Positions 10,701 through 21,369 of a stretch of 64,000 nucleotides of DNA are shown here, piece after piece (within the stretch, counting starts at the first letter, position 1; each line of letters starts with the position of its first letter). This DNA is from an uncultured delta proteobacterium (GTDB taxonomy: Bacteria; Desulfobacterota; Binatia; UBA9968), in assembly GCA_963847445.1 (NCBI GenBank), contig CAWJZV010000030.1:224001-288000 (forward strand). The letters run 5' to 3'. The position numbers and the translations under genes are program-made. The notes under the pieces are model-generated. The model ran no database searches, was not told where the DNA came from, and saw only the letters and a program-made list of their open reading frames with translations.

Positions 10701-11885
10701 TTACTTCTTTACAGCGCTAGCGCAACGAAAGCCGATGCTATCATCACGATGCTCGGGCGGCGCATGCATCCGCTTCGTGCTGGTCAGCCGTTCGGGGGGA
10801 TCGTACCAGCCGCCGCCGCGCAGCACTTTGTCGGTACCGCTCGCCGGCCCCTTGGGGTTGCGCGTGTCGGCGCGCGGAAAACTTTCCGTGAACCAATCGG
10901 CCACCCACTCCCAAACGTTGCCGGAAAGATCATCGACACCAAAGGGGCTCGCCCCTTTAGGATGGGCCCCGACGACGGCGACGCCGTCTTGGTAAACCGA
11001 GTGCTGGTGATTCTTTGCGAAGCGCGCATGCTCGGCGCTTGGCGGCTCGTTGCCCCAGGGATATTTCCGTTCATCCGCGCCGCGCGCGGCCCGCTCCCAC
11101 TCCGCGTCGGTCGGCAAACGCCGGCCCGCCCACTGGCAATAACTGTTGGCATCTTGCCAATCGACACCGACAACCGGCAGACCGGCGTGCATCTTGAGAT
11201 CCGCAGTCTCCCATTCTTCAGGCGGTTTGGCGTTGCCAGTCGCCTTCAAGAAGTCGCCGTAACGAGCCACGGTCACTTCGTGCTTGTCCAGGTAGAACGC
11301 ATCGACAAACAGCTCACGGCGAGGCGACTCTGAATCATCACCCCAGATAAAAGTCCCCGCTGGAATCATAACCGCCGGTGCGCCATCGTTACCGACTAAC
11401 TGGTTTTTCGCCTGACCTTTTAACCCATAGTAAAGCGCCGCGCAGGCCGCGACGACGACTGCCGCGGTAGCGATCATGCGTTTGACCCGCCGGCGCCGCC
11501 AGTCGGCGGCGATGCGATACACTGCGGCAGCGACAGTAGCGGGCAAGTTGCCGTCGGTTTCGAGAAACGTCACCGCCTTGAGCGCGGCGGGTAGCTGCTC
11601 TACAGCCAATTTGCCGAGGGCTACCGGCAGCAGCTTGACGCTGGCTTTCTCGGCGATGTCGAGTTCCGTCAAAGTATAGCTGCCGGCGTCCACGGCATTG
11701 GCACTGATCAAAAATATCAAGAGTTGCGAAGCTTCGATGGCCGCTCGTATGCGGTTATGGAATTCGTCACCCGCCGGCAGATCGGCGCGGTCATAGAACA
11801 CCGTATGGCCCTGATCCCGTAGCGCGAAATAAATCGACTTCGCCGGCTCGGCATCTTGGGAGGCGTAACTGAGAAATATCTTCAT
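10701..11885 (-). CDS. TIR domain + TM + FGE-sulfatase (SUMF1-like) domain protein
   Basis: N-terminal IFLSYAS...YTLTEL (TIR); C-terminal RLPTDAEWE, GNVWEW, RGGGW, GFRC. Confidence 0.88.
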   Translation of the reverse strand: MKIFLSYASQDAEPAKSIYFALRDQGHTVFYDRADLPAGDEFHNRIRAAIEASQLLIFLISANAVDAGSYTLTELDIAEKASVKLLPVALGKLAVEQLPAALKAVTFLETDGNLPATVAAAVYRIAADWRRRRVKRMIATAAVVVAACAALYYGLKGQAKNQLVGNDGAPAVMIPAGTFIWGDDSESPRRELFVDAFYLDKHEVTVARYGDFLKATGNAKPPEEWETADLKMHAGLPVVGVDWQDANSYCQWAGRRLPTDAEWERAARGADERKYPWGNEPPSAEHARFAKNHQHSVYQDGVAVVGAHPKGASPFGVDDLSGNVWEWVADWFTESFPRADTRNPKGPASGTDKVLRGGGWYDPPERLTSTKRMHAPPEHRDDSIGFRCASAVKK

Positions 11886-11991
11886 GACCTCCCTAACTTT
11901 TCACCCGATAGGAGCAAACCAGTAAAAGCCCGGCGATCGGGCTCGTCACCAAGCTTCTTCTATCGATTGCCGTGTCATCCGCGTGCGCCGC

Positions 11992-12981
11992 CTACCAGGT
12001 ACGCAGGGTCTTGCGCACCAACGTTCGCAGCTCGCGGTCGCCGATTTTGCTAAGTTGCTCAAGCTGCGAAATCGCGCTCGCGCGGCGTAGGTCGATGGCA
12101 CGGATCGCGGTCTGTTTCGGGTTGGTTTCATTGATGTCCCAAAACTTCCCACCGCCGGTTCTCATGAGCTCGGCCGACTGCACTGCGCCGTCGAAGACGA
12201 TTTCGCCGAATCCATGCCGGCGATCTTGGGGCGTTGCCGGCAACCAGCCCTGCCAATGATACTGCAGCTTTTTTTCGTGGATGACCGCGCGGGAAAGTTC
12301 GCTCTGCCACAGACCCACCGGCATGCCCGTCGAGTCGTAGGATCTTCCATCGAATTGGATGACCCCGCTGGCTTCGTCAAAGCCGATGGTAAACAAACTG
12401 ATCGCCTGACTTCCGCCTTTGTGAATCCGCTCCCACCAAGTCCCGGAAATGCGACTAGCAAAATGGCCCAGCGCGAGACGATGGCCAAGGGTCGCGGCGG
12501 TGAATTTAGGCCGTAATCCCAACCTTGCGATGCGTTCGGCAATCAAAGTGCAAACCGGTTCAATGGCGGCCCGCCAATTGCCGTTACGACTGGGACGAAA
12601 ACTGGCCGACTTGATACCCAACAGATCGCTCGGGATTTTGAGTTGGGAATTATCCTGACGCACCATGTAACAACGTTCGCGCCCCAACCTTCCCATGAAC
12701 AAACCCAGTTCGAAGATCACGTTATCCCGCGGCGCCAGGCTCTTGAGCTTGCGGCTGGTCGTAATATCGTCCGGCGAGAGCACCATAATGGCAAAGTCGG
12801 CCTGTTCGACCGCGGCCTCGAGAGACTCAATGTAAGTCGCGCTGAGATCGAACTTGCGCGACCATGGCTCCACTTGCGCCGCGCTGCCAAGCTCGCGCTC
12901 CAATCCCCGGCAGATCGCATTGGTAATTTTCAGCCCTTCGGATGAGGAAGCGATAAAAATCATTGCTCGATTCATGGACAT
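11992..12981 (-). CDS. Predicted nucleotide-binding TIR-like protein (Cap12/PycTIR-type TIR) with unknown C-terminal domain
   Basis: IFIASSSE, DFAIMVLSPDD, PRDNVIFELGLFMGRLGRER, IPSDLLG. Confidence 0.85.
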   Translation of the reverse strand: MSMNRAMIFIASSSEGLKITNAICRGLERELGSAAQVEPWSRKFDLSATYIESLEAAVEQADFAIMVLSPDDITTSRKLKSLAPRDNVIFELGLFMGRLGRERCYMVRQDNSQLKIPSDLLGIKSASFRPSRNGNWRAAIEPVCTLIAERIARLGLRPKFTAATLGHRLALGHFASRISGTWWERIHKGGSQAISLFTIGFDEASGVIQFDGRSYDSTGMPVGLWQSELSRAVIHEKKLQYHWQGWLPATPQDRRHGFGEIVFDGAVQSAELMRTGGGKFWDINETNPKQTAIRAIDLRRASAISQLEQLSKIGDRELRTLVRKTLRTW

Positions 12982-13086
12982 CCTCGGGTTCCAGCCGAAA
13001 TCTTTGTTCTTCTACGCCGGCCGGCGAACGACTGTTTGGGGAGCTGGTGGTGTTGCAGCCCTCTACGCCTAGCACTCGGAGAGCAA

Positions 13087-14145
13087 CTAGCGCTTCCTTT
13101 CTTCGGGCAACGCGCCGCCCCACAGCTCCTTCATGAATCCGCTCTTCTCGAGATTCTCGACAAAAGTATTGTCGAAGACTTCGCTCGCCTTGCGGCGAAT
13201 CACCGTGCCCTCTTCACGGGCGTTCTCGATGGTTTCCGCGACCATCTTGCCTGGCACGATCATGCGCCGGTTGATCAACCGCTTGGCGTAGGCATCGTAG
13301 GCCGATTGCAGGGTATCGGCGTCGCTTATCCGTAGCGTCTTCCCCACCGATGCCATGCCGATCTCCGGCTTTTTCTCGACGAGATAGACCGACTCAGCCA
13401 ACGCCGCCACCATCTTCTGAATCAGCGCGGGCTTTTCCTTGTAGGTCTTAATGTTGCTAAACAACGAACTATAGATGAACGGGAGCCCGAGGTCGCTGAG
13501 ATGGTAGATGACGTTGAAGCCGTCCTTTTTGCCGCGGGCGTCGAGCGGCGGTTGGATCAGGATCGCCTGAAACATATCTTGCGCCAGCGCGGTGTAACGC
13601 TCGGTCGGCGTGCCGCCGACCGGGGCGAGCGTCACGTCTTTTTCGCTCAAGTTATTTTTTTTGAGAAAATCTTTCGCCAGTTTGTAAGTAAAGTCGCCCG
13701 GCCGGGTGACGCCGATCGTCTTGCCCTTGAGATCGGCGGGCCGCCTGACGTCCTTGCGCGCCAACACGACATAGGGCAATCCCACCAGCGGCGAGGCGAC
13801 CAGTTTGCCATCCATGCCGGTGGCGATGCGCGCGATATTGGTGTCGGCGTTACAGTAGAGAAAATTAATCTCATCGGCGGCCAACGCCGCCGCCGCCACG
13901 CTGCCGCCGCGCACGACGATATGCTCGGCATGGACGCCATACTTCTCGAATATTTTGTTATCGAGGGCGGCATAGAGATGAATGAAGCCGCCGGTGATGG
14001 CGCAGGTGCCGATGCGCGCCCGCATCGGCGGCTCCCCTGGCTTGGCGAGATAGGGATTGGCCTGGGCCATCTCGACGGACGCTAGGCCGGCAATCGCAAA
14101 AGCCGCGACAAAACATTTCGCCAGGTGAGAAAAGATCCAAGACAT
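13087..14145 (-). CDS. ABC transporter substrate-binding protein (NMT1/SsuA-like)
   Basis: Signal peptide; DLKGKTIGVTRPG. Confidence 0.85.
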   Translation of the reverse strand: MSWIFSHLAKCFVAAFAIAGLASVEMAQANPYLAKPGEPPMRARIGTCAITGGFIHLYAALDNKIFEKYGVHAEHIVVRGGSVAAAALAADEINFLYCNADTNIARIATGMDGKLVASPLVGLPYVVLARKDVRRPADLKGKTIGVTRPGDFTYKLAKDFLKKNNLSEKDVTLAPVGGTPTERYTALAQDMFQAILIQPPLDARGKKDGFNVIYHLSDLGLPFIYSSLFSNIKTYKEKPALIQKMVAALAESVYLVEKKPEIGMASVGKTLRISDADTLQSAYDAYAKRLINRRMIVPGKMVAETIENAREEGTVIRRKASEVFDNTFVENLEKSGFMKELWGGALPEERKR

Positions 14146-14525
14146 GAGGGACTCCCGATCGATCGGTCAATCTGCGCCTATATACGAGGTTTCGCTGTGA
14201 ACGGTCAATGAAATAGCCGTTTGGCTAGTAAAGTTTTTTACCCATATCACGCCACAGCAAAGATCGCGCAGCAGTGAAATAGTTCACGCCGGGCGGCGCT
14301 CCTGCGCTACCTGCATGATCTCGTTCTTGAGATCCGGATGGGCATTGAGATGCAAATATCGACCGCAGCTTCGTCATAGATGATCGGGGCATTCTAATGA
14401 CATGCCGTCCGGCTGTCGAGCATAGCGATAGTTTAAGTTGACATCGGCGGACCGGGTTGGATACTGTCGCTAGCGAAGCCAGAGCACTGACAAAACCAAT
14501 CGCGCTGTAAACCAAGGAGGTTCCT

Positions 14526-15015
14526 ATGCCGAAGATCACCAGCATCAGCCATATCGTGCTTTATGTTAAAGACCTGGACAAGATGGTCGACTTCTACACC
14601 AACATGTTGGGCTTGGTTAAATACCGCGAGAATGCCAACCGCATGGTGTTCCTAACTCCCGACCCAGAACTCGACGACCACCAACTCGCTCTGGTCAAGG
14701 GCCGCGAAGGCGACGCCAAGCTGATCGCCCATATCGCCTGGAAAGTCGAAACCCCGGCGGAGATCAAAGAGTTCTACGAACGCTTCAAAGCCCACGGCGT
14801 GCCCATCGACCATTGCGTCAGCCATGCCTACGACGGAGATGGGCAACACCGTCTCCTGCTATTTCCTCGACCCCGAAGGCAACCGCCTCGAAGTCTACGC
14901 CCTGGTTGCCGAGCGCGACGCCGCGCGGGAAAACCGCCCGCTGGATTTAGACAAGAGTTTAAGTGAAATCGTCGCCGTGGCCAGCGGCCGGGCGCCGGCG
15001 AGCAGCGCGCATTAA
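14526..15015 (+). CDS. VOC/glyoxalase family protein (one frameshift)
   Basis: ISHIVLYVKDL; HIAW; second frame YFLDPEGNRLEVY. Confidence 0.85.
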
Positions 15016-15077
15016 CGACTCTCAGGGCAAAGCGGATAGGGTCTGGTTCGTGCCACTAAACGAAGCCCAATGACACG

Positions 15078-15824
15078 TTACCGGCCATCGCGGCTCGACA
15101 TCAACGGCTTTGCAATCGGCTCCAGGCCGCTCTTTGTGATGGCGTCGGCCGCCTCAGGCGACGCGAGGAATTTAATCACCGCCCGAGCCGTGGCCGCGTC
15201 CGTCGTGCTTTTCGCGATGCCGGCGGAGAACACCGAGACCTTCTGCACTTCCGCCGGCAGCGGCGTCACATGCGCTATGCCAGGCACCGGCATCAGCTCA
15301 CTCATCTGCTGGAAACCGATCTCCGCCTCACCGCGCGCGATCACGGCGCCGACGCGCTCACCGCCGCCGATGAGCCGGCTCTTACCCATCACTTGGTCGA
15401 CGATGCCCAAGCGCTGATACAGCTCCTTGGTCAAATATTCGCCGCTTACGCTGGCCGAATAGGCGATAGACTTTGCCTGCAAAAGCGTGCGCTTCAAGGC
15501 GTCGACGGAGCCAATGTCCGGCTTGGCGGCTCCGGCGCGCACGGCCATGCCGATGGCGGAGCGTACCAGGGGCGTATAGCTTTCAGCCAAAACCAAACCG
15601 TCCTTGATGAATCCGGTCAGCACGCCGTCCGCGACGATGATAACGTCGACGGCCTCGCCGCGCTTGAGCCGGCTTGGGATGGAGGTCTCCCCGGTCCCGA
15701 TGGAGGTTGCCGCGGTAACGATTTTTTTCTGCGTCAACGCTTCGAGTTGGGGAATCAGCTCAAGATACGCCGCGGTAAAAGCCCCTGAGGTCATCACCTT
15801 AATGTCATGGCTCGTAGTCGTCAT
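15078..15824 (-). CDS. ModA-like substrate-binding domain protein
   Basis: GAAKPDIGSVDALK..LL.AKSIAYS; GEAEIGFQQMSEL. Confidence 0.85.
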   Translation of the reverse strand: MTTTSHDIKVMTSGAFTAAYLELIPQLEALTQKKIVTAATSIGTGETSIPSRLKRGEAVDVIIVADGVLTGFIKDGLVLAESYTPLVRSAIGMAVRAGAAKPDIGSVDALKRTLLQAKSIAYSASVSGEYLTKELYQRLGIVDQVMGKSRLIGGGERVGAVIARGEAEIGFQQMSELMPVPGIAHVTPLPAEVQKVSVFSAGIAKSTTDAATARAVIKFLASPEAADAITKSGLEPIAKPLMSSRDGR

Positions 15825-15849
15825 GGTTTTCTATCTTTTCAATTGCCCG

Positions 15850-16087
15850 TTGGCGGCGTTCATTGCGCTTGCCTCTCGCACAGCATTTATCGCTAAGGCC
15901 TGCGAGCAATCAAGTTCTGTCGATAGACTAGGCCGAGCGGATGCGACGGATCTAAGAAAGATTTCTCCCCGTGGTCGAAATGACAACAACTCCGAACTTG
16001 GCGTCTTTGCGCCTTGGCGGGAGAAGTCTTCGCATCCGAGGATTGTCAGTCTCCGGCATCGATTGCGCCGGCCGCGCAAATTTTGCG
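15850..16087. repeat. Composite intergenic repeat or MITE-like element
   Basis: Non-coding; contains agatttctccccgtggtcgaaatgac and ttggcgtctttgcgccttggcg. A related 9-mer run lies at ~4403-4433. Confidence 0.4.
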
Positions 16088-17200
16088 CTATCGTAATTCA
16101 ACTTTCTGCCGTTGCCCGGTCTGTGAAGCGCGCACGATGGTGTCCAGCATGCGGTGGCGGCGCACCGCGTGATCGAAGTCGGGCTCGATCGCGTTCGAGC
16201 CGGTGCGGATCGCTTCGGCAAACTTGACCCACATCTGGCCCACATCGTACGCCGGACCGCCGTCGCGCACGGCTTCCGGCACCCAGGTGAAGCGCTCCGG
16301 CACGGGCAACTCTTGCAGCGCCTTGTCGTCTTTGTGTCCGCCCATGATCTTGCGCCGGCGCTCCTCGCCGCCCTCGCCGCCGCCGATCATCGCCAGCGTG
16401 CCGTCCCTGCCGTAAATCTCCAGGCGGTGGCCGCTGCCGTGGTACGGCTGCACGCCGCAGCAGGCATTGACGATGGCACCGTTTTCGAGCCGGCCCTGAA
16501 CCACGATGTTGTCGGGCGAGGTGACGTCGACGTATTTCTTCGTGTCGGTCTCGAACCACTGCGGCACCTGGGTGGCGACGATGGCGGACACTTCGGTCAG
16601 CTCGCCGACCACCATGCACATGGCATCGAGCACATGGCCGAAGGTAATCGTCAGCGTGTTCGCGCCCAGCGTCACATCGCGCTGCCAGGTGCGATCCGAG
16701 GGGCGGGTCAACACGCCGCTGTTCATCAGCATCATGTTCACCGACAGCACCTGGCCGACGTAACCTTGCTGGATGAGCTCGCGCATGTACAGATAAGCGG
16801 GCGACGCCCGGCGCTGCAAGCCGACCATGGTGCGGAGGTTTTTCTGGCGCGCCAACGCTGCGAGTTCTTCGGCCTCTTTGGTGTTCGCGCCGAGGGGCCA
16901 TTCGCAGAAGACATGCTTGCCCGCTGCAAGGGCGTTTTTGCTAAGCCCATAGTGCGCCGGCACGCGCACCGCCACCGCCACGGCTTCGACCTGCGGGTCG
17001 GCGTGTAAAGCACTGTCGCTGCCGTAGGCGCGCGTCACGCCGAACTTATCGGCCGCTGCCTGCGCGGTATCCGCATGCGCCGTGCACACGGCATAGAGCT
17101 CGGCTTCGGACACACCCTTGAGCGCCGGCACATGCGCGCGCGGCCCCCATCTGCCGCCTGCGCCGATGAGACCTACCCGTAATGGACTTAATTGCGTCAT
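16088..17200 (-). CDS. Gfo/Idh/MocA family oxidoreductase
   Basis: VGLIGAG, GKHVFCEWP. Confidence 0.92.
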   Translation of the reverse strand: MTQLSPLRVGLIGAGGRWGPRAHVPALKGVSEAELYAVCTAHADTAQAAADKFGVTRAYGSDSALHADPQVEAVAVAVRVPAHYGLSKNALAAGKHVFCEWPLGANTKEAEELAALARQKNLRTMVGLQRRASPAYLYMRELIQQGYVGQVLSVNMMLMNSGVLTRPSDRTWQRDVTLGANTLTITFGHVLDAMCMVVGELTEVSAIVATQVPQWFETDTKKYVDVTSPDNIVVQGRLENGAIVNACCGVQPYHGSGHRLEIYGRDGTLAMIGGGEGGEERRRKIMGGHKDDKALQELPVPERFTWVPEAVRDGGPAYDVGQMWVKFAEAIRTGSNAIEPDFDHAVRRHRMLDTIVRASQTGQRQKVELR

Positions 17201-17365
17201 GGTTTTCCTCTTCTGGTTAAGTGGTTTTTAGCCTTACGACTTCAGCGCAATAAACTCAACCTGCACTCTATCCGGCCCGTCGTAGAAGCACACACGCCGT
17301 CCGCCTGAAACCGCGCGTCTCTTCAAGTACGCCGATGTTTTCGGGCGACAAGAAATTCAAACTTT

Positions 17366-18514
17366 TCATAAGGAAGCCCGGCGAACGAGCGGATGGCCGA
17401 TCACGTAGTGCATCAAGAGTTCCAGCGCGATGAGCGTCAAGGACGCCGCTGCCAAGCCGGCCGCAAGCCGAACCTGGCGCCTTTCCTGGGGCGTCATCTC
17501 AAGGCAGGAGCGGCGGGCTATGCAGTCGCGGCGCATGCGGCGTTGACGCTCGAGCGAGACCAGGACGATGGAAGCAATCAATGTCGACAATATGAGGAGG
17601 GGCACGCGGGCGGCGCTATCGTCGAACCAGTGTGCGAGCGCAAAAAGCGCACCCGCCGAGCCGCCGCCGAAGGCTAGCACCAGCGCGGCGGCAAGATTGC
17701 TGCCGAGGCAGCCGCTGCCGAGTAAGGCGAGCGTCACGGCGCTCCAGTTCATCGCCGGCCGATCTTCAAGCTCCGACCAGGCAGCGGAGAGCGACCCCTC
17801 CGGCTTGCCGTTCAACCGATAGGCCACGCTGCGCTGCGGGAATCCCTTGAGGGCGAACGACTCGGCTGGGACGCCCGGATAGGCCGAGGCGACCTCTTGA
17901 TAGACGTCCTGTGACACGACGATTTCGGTGGCCCGGGCTTGCGCCTGCAGGCGCGCCGCCTGGTTAACGGCGTCGCCGATGGCCGTGTAATCCTTGATGT
18001 CGTCTGAGCCCAGACGTCCGACGCGCGCAAAGCCCGAGGCTATGCCGATCGACGCCCGCAGGGGCACGCCCAGACGTTCGGAAAGTCCGGGAAGGAGAGC
18101 TTGGAGCTTGGCGGCGGCCGCGACTGCGGCCGCCGCATGGTCGGCGCGTTTTATCGGAACGTTGAAGAAGGCCATCACCGCATCGCCGATGTATTTGTCG
18201 ATGAAGGCCCCGTGGCTCATCAGTGTGGTCGAAGCCAGGCGCAGGAACTCATCGACCACTGAGTAGGTGGCGTTTGCCCCCAGGCGGCCCGTCATCTCCG
18301 TGAAAGAGGAGATATCGGCGAAGACCACCGTCATCTCCACGAGGCGGCCCTCCTCTAGGTGGGCGCCGCACTGCGTGCAGCAATTCGGGTTGCGCGGGCT
18401 CCGGCGAATGCCTCGCCACCTTAAGAAAACGGCGGCCAAGCCCGAGAGCGGAATGCCGCAGACGGCGCAGTTGGCGGCGAGCGGCGGAGTTTGGGTTTCC
18501 AAAGGCACGCTCAT
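17366..18514 (-). CDS. Class III adenylate/guanylate cyclase with Cys-rich N-terminus and C-terminal TM helices
   Basis: VVFADISSFT, IDKYIGDAVMAFF, YTAIGDAVNQAARLQ. Confidence 0.9.
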   Translation of the reverse strand: MSVPLETQTPPLAANCAVCGIPLSGLAAVFLRWRGIRRSPRNPNCCTQCGAHLEEGRLVEMTVVFADISSFTEMTGRLGANATYSVVDEFLRLASTTLMSHGAFIDKYIGDAVMAFFNVPIKRADHAAAAVAAAAKLQALLPGLSERLGVPLRASIGIASGFARVGRLGSDDIKDYTAIGDAVNQAARLQAQARATEIVVSQDVYQEVASAYPGVPAESFALKGFPQRSVAYRLNGKPEGSLSAAWSELEDRPAMNWSAVTLALLGSGCLGSNLAAALVLAFGGGSAGALFALAHWFDDSAARVPLLILSTLIASIVLVSLERQRRMRRDCIARRSCLEMTPQERRQVRLAAGLAAASLTLIALELLMHYVIGHPLVRRASL

Positions 18515-18765
18515 TGTGAGACGAAAACCTTTCGTTTCGCCGCCTCGACAATCACGGCGGCGCGAATCTTTTCCTGGAACGCGCTCAGAGGCATAGCTTG
18601 GTGTTTTCTGTTGTGCTGTTCTGTCGTCATCCGTTTTGCTGTTGCGCTGAAGTTTTGGCTGAGAGACACGATCCATCGCGGCCCCGTTGCGTGCCAACTG
18701 CTCATGAAAAATGGCGCCATGACTGCAAACAAAAACGCTGCAACTCTTCGGCTGCTCAGCGCCAC
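18511..18765 (-). CDS. Small hypothetical protein, translationally coupled on both sides
   Basis: Overlaps the upstream stop and the downstream ATG; hydrophobic N-terminus. Confidence 0.35.
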   Translation of the reverse strand: MALSSRRVAAFLFAVMAPFFMSSWHATGPRWIVSLSQNFSATAKRMTTEQHNRKHQAMPLSAFQEKIRAAVIVEAAKRKVFVSQ

Positions 18766-20351
18766 GATCGGGCTTCGATGCGTAGCGTGCCGCGCAAGCC
18801 TGGCCTGGCTTTCTGCTCGATGGGGATATCGAAAGCCAGGCCTGGCGCGGCCGCCGCGCCGCCGTCCAGCGCGCGCGTTACCGCGTCAACGCCCGGCTTG
18901 CCTGGATTGATGTCCTGAAAGCCGTACTTGATCCGCCAGCCGCCCAGGGCCGCCGCGTCGGCGAATGCCTCGACCAGGATCAGCTCGCGCAGGATGAAGC
19001 CGCCCTCGTAGTGGCGGTTCAGGAACAGAATGCCGTCCACTTCGTAGTCGGGCACCAGCACCTTCAGGTCGAACGCGAAGCTAACCGATTTGGAAGCCTT
19101 GACGCTCTTGCTCGGATCGAGAAACACGGAGAAAAGATGCGGGCTCTTGGCGCGGTCGGGCGCGCGCTGGGTGCCGTCCTGGCCCGGGAACAGTTCGTCG
19201 TAGCTGCGGAAGATGGCGGAGTTCTCGCGTACCTCGCGGCGCGTCATCTGCCACTGGCAGCCGCGCACGCTGGCCGCTATCTCGAACTGGTACGACGCGC
19301 GCACCGTCTTGCCTTCGCCGTGCGCCTTCTGCACCTCGACCGGCAGCGTGATGTCGTCGATGTCCAGAATGCCGTCCACGCGCAGCGCGCCGAACAGGAA
19401 GCGCGTGAGGTTCTGGTAGCCCTCCTCGGAGTTCACGATGCCGTAGTGACCCGAGTGGCTGCGGTGCACGAAGGCGCGCGGCGAACTGACATCCTTGCCG
19501 TCCGGGCCCGGCCCGTGCGTGGTGGCGTTGTCGATGCGCACCAGTCCGTCGCTCGCGTCGCCCGCCGCCCAGGCCGAGAGCGCCGCCGGCCACGTTGTAG
19601 TCGCGCGGGTTGGTGCCGACCAGGTTGAAGATGCGCTCGCGGCGGAAAGTTCTGCACCACCGAGACATCGTCACCCTTGGGCACATCGAGGTATGCGGCC
19701 ATCTTCTCGCGATTGAAGTTGTTGACGTCGCCGAACGAGAGCCAGCCCGGCACGTTGCGCACGATGCGCATGTCGATGCCGTTGTGCGGCGTGGCGTAGG
19801 TAAAGAGCTTGTCCACCGCCCCGCGCGCCTCCACCGAACCGAGCTTCGTGTTCTGCAGGAAGGCCCGGCAGACCAGGCCGCCCATGGAGTGGGCGACAAG
19901 ATGCACGCGGAAATCCTCGGGCGTCATCCGGTTGTCCGGGTTGGCGCAGACCTTGTCGCGCAGCCGCAGGATCAGCTTGTCCAGTCCCCTGCGCAAAATG
20001 CTCGATGGGCGGCGCGCCCTTGCCGTCGCCAAAGTCCTGCGAGGCTTCGTCGTAGTAGCGGTAGATGACGATGCAACGGTACGGGACCGGGTGGTCGGCA
20101 CGCTCGGCCGCCACCAGGTCGTCACCGTCCACGAAGACGTCCTCGTACTTGTGGTCGCTCATCAAGCGCACCAGCGGCGACTCAAAATAGAACCGCTTGA
20201 CGTCGCCAGTCCAAGCCACACGCGACTTGGTCGAGCCGATGTTGAAACCCATGTACGGGTCGGCCACCGTCTCCTCGATCTCGCCCTGCGTGGCCGCGAA
20301 GCCGCGCACGTAGATGATCGGGTGGTAGGGATGCTGCGAGGCCGCGGGCAT
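18756..20351 (-). CDS. Alpha/beta hydrolase (PGAP1/lipase-like), split by frameshifts
   Basis: PIIYVRG, VHLVAHSMGGL, TPHNG, DGLV, HSG. Confidence 0.85.
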
Positions 20352-20548
20352 CAGAGTATCTCCGAGTTGTCGACGGCTTCGCCGCGCTTCAGCCGACTTG
20401 GAATCGAGCTATCCCCCGCGCCGATGGATGCCGCCGCGGTGACGATTTTTTTCGTTGTCAACGTTTCGAGTTGGCGGAAGAGCCCAAGATATGCCGCGCT
20501 GAATGCGCCTGAGGTCATCACTCTGATTTCGTCGATCGCAGTCTTCAT
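20351..20548 (-). pseudogene. Truncated paralog of the ModA-like gene at 15078-15824
   Basis: IRVMTSGAFSAAYL...SIPSRLKRGEAVD followed by an early stop. Confidence 0.75.
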
Positions 20549-20689
20549 GCTTGCTTTATCCCCGTGGTTGCCTGATTGAGTCGTAGGTTGAGATATCGTT
20601 CCTAGAGTTTTCATCTTCGAACGCAGAACGCGCAATCAAGTCATCGCGATTCTTCTCCTCGTTGGCAGGCTTGATCCAGCGCCCGCGTT

Positions 20690-21172
20690 TCAATAGGGCG
20701 CGCCATTCTTATGTAGGAACCGCCAGTTCCCGTCCTCGTCCAACCCAGCTTTGAGATCGTCGTCGGGATAAGTCCCGGCATCGCCGGCGCTCCGGTCGCC
20801 GACTTCGAGATAAACGACGTCTTGGTCCGCTCGATTGACCAGATGATGGCCGTTGCCCGTACCGGCTTTGAAACCCGCGCACATTCCTGGCGCAAGCGGC
20901 GTCTCGCCGTGATCCGTGATGAGTACCGGGTGCCCCGCCAAGATGTAGACGAATTCATCTTGCTTTGAGTGAGCATGGCGCAGCGCAGAGGCGCCGCCCG
21001 GAATAAGGCGCGTTAGATTGACACCGAAATTGGCCAGGCCGAACAGGTCGCCCAGCGGGCGCTTTTCTCGCCCCGCCATGCGTGATGCAAATGGCTCTGG
21101 ATAATTTGTCGGCTTGGTTCGCGGCGCGGCTTCCAAAGCAACGATTGCCGTTGGGAACTGGCTATTTGGCAT
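20690..21172 (-). CDS. Cupin domain protein
   Basis: LGDLFGLANFGVN, RHAHSKQDEF, GHHLVN, YPDDDL. Confidence 0.9.
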   Translation of the reverse strand: MPNSQFPTAIVALEAAPRTKPTNYPEPFASRMAGREKRPLGDLFGLANFGVNLTRLIPGGASALRHAHSKQDEFVYILAGHPVLITDHGETPLAPGMCAGFKAGTGNGHHLVNRADQDVVYLEVGDRSAGDAGTYPDDDLKAGLDEDGNWRFLHKNGAPY

Positions 21173-21369
21173 AAAGCCTCCTGGTTGTTGATAGCCACTA
21201 TTGCATTGAGTGCAAACCAAACATATTACCTTCCGTGTCGAAGGCCAAGGCGATGAACCCGTACTGACCAATGGACATCTTATCTCGTTGCATCTGATCG
21301 ATGTTTGTTGGCTTTTGAATTCGCGGCGTAGGCCTTCCCCACCTGACACGGTTTTACGCCGAAAAAGAA

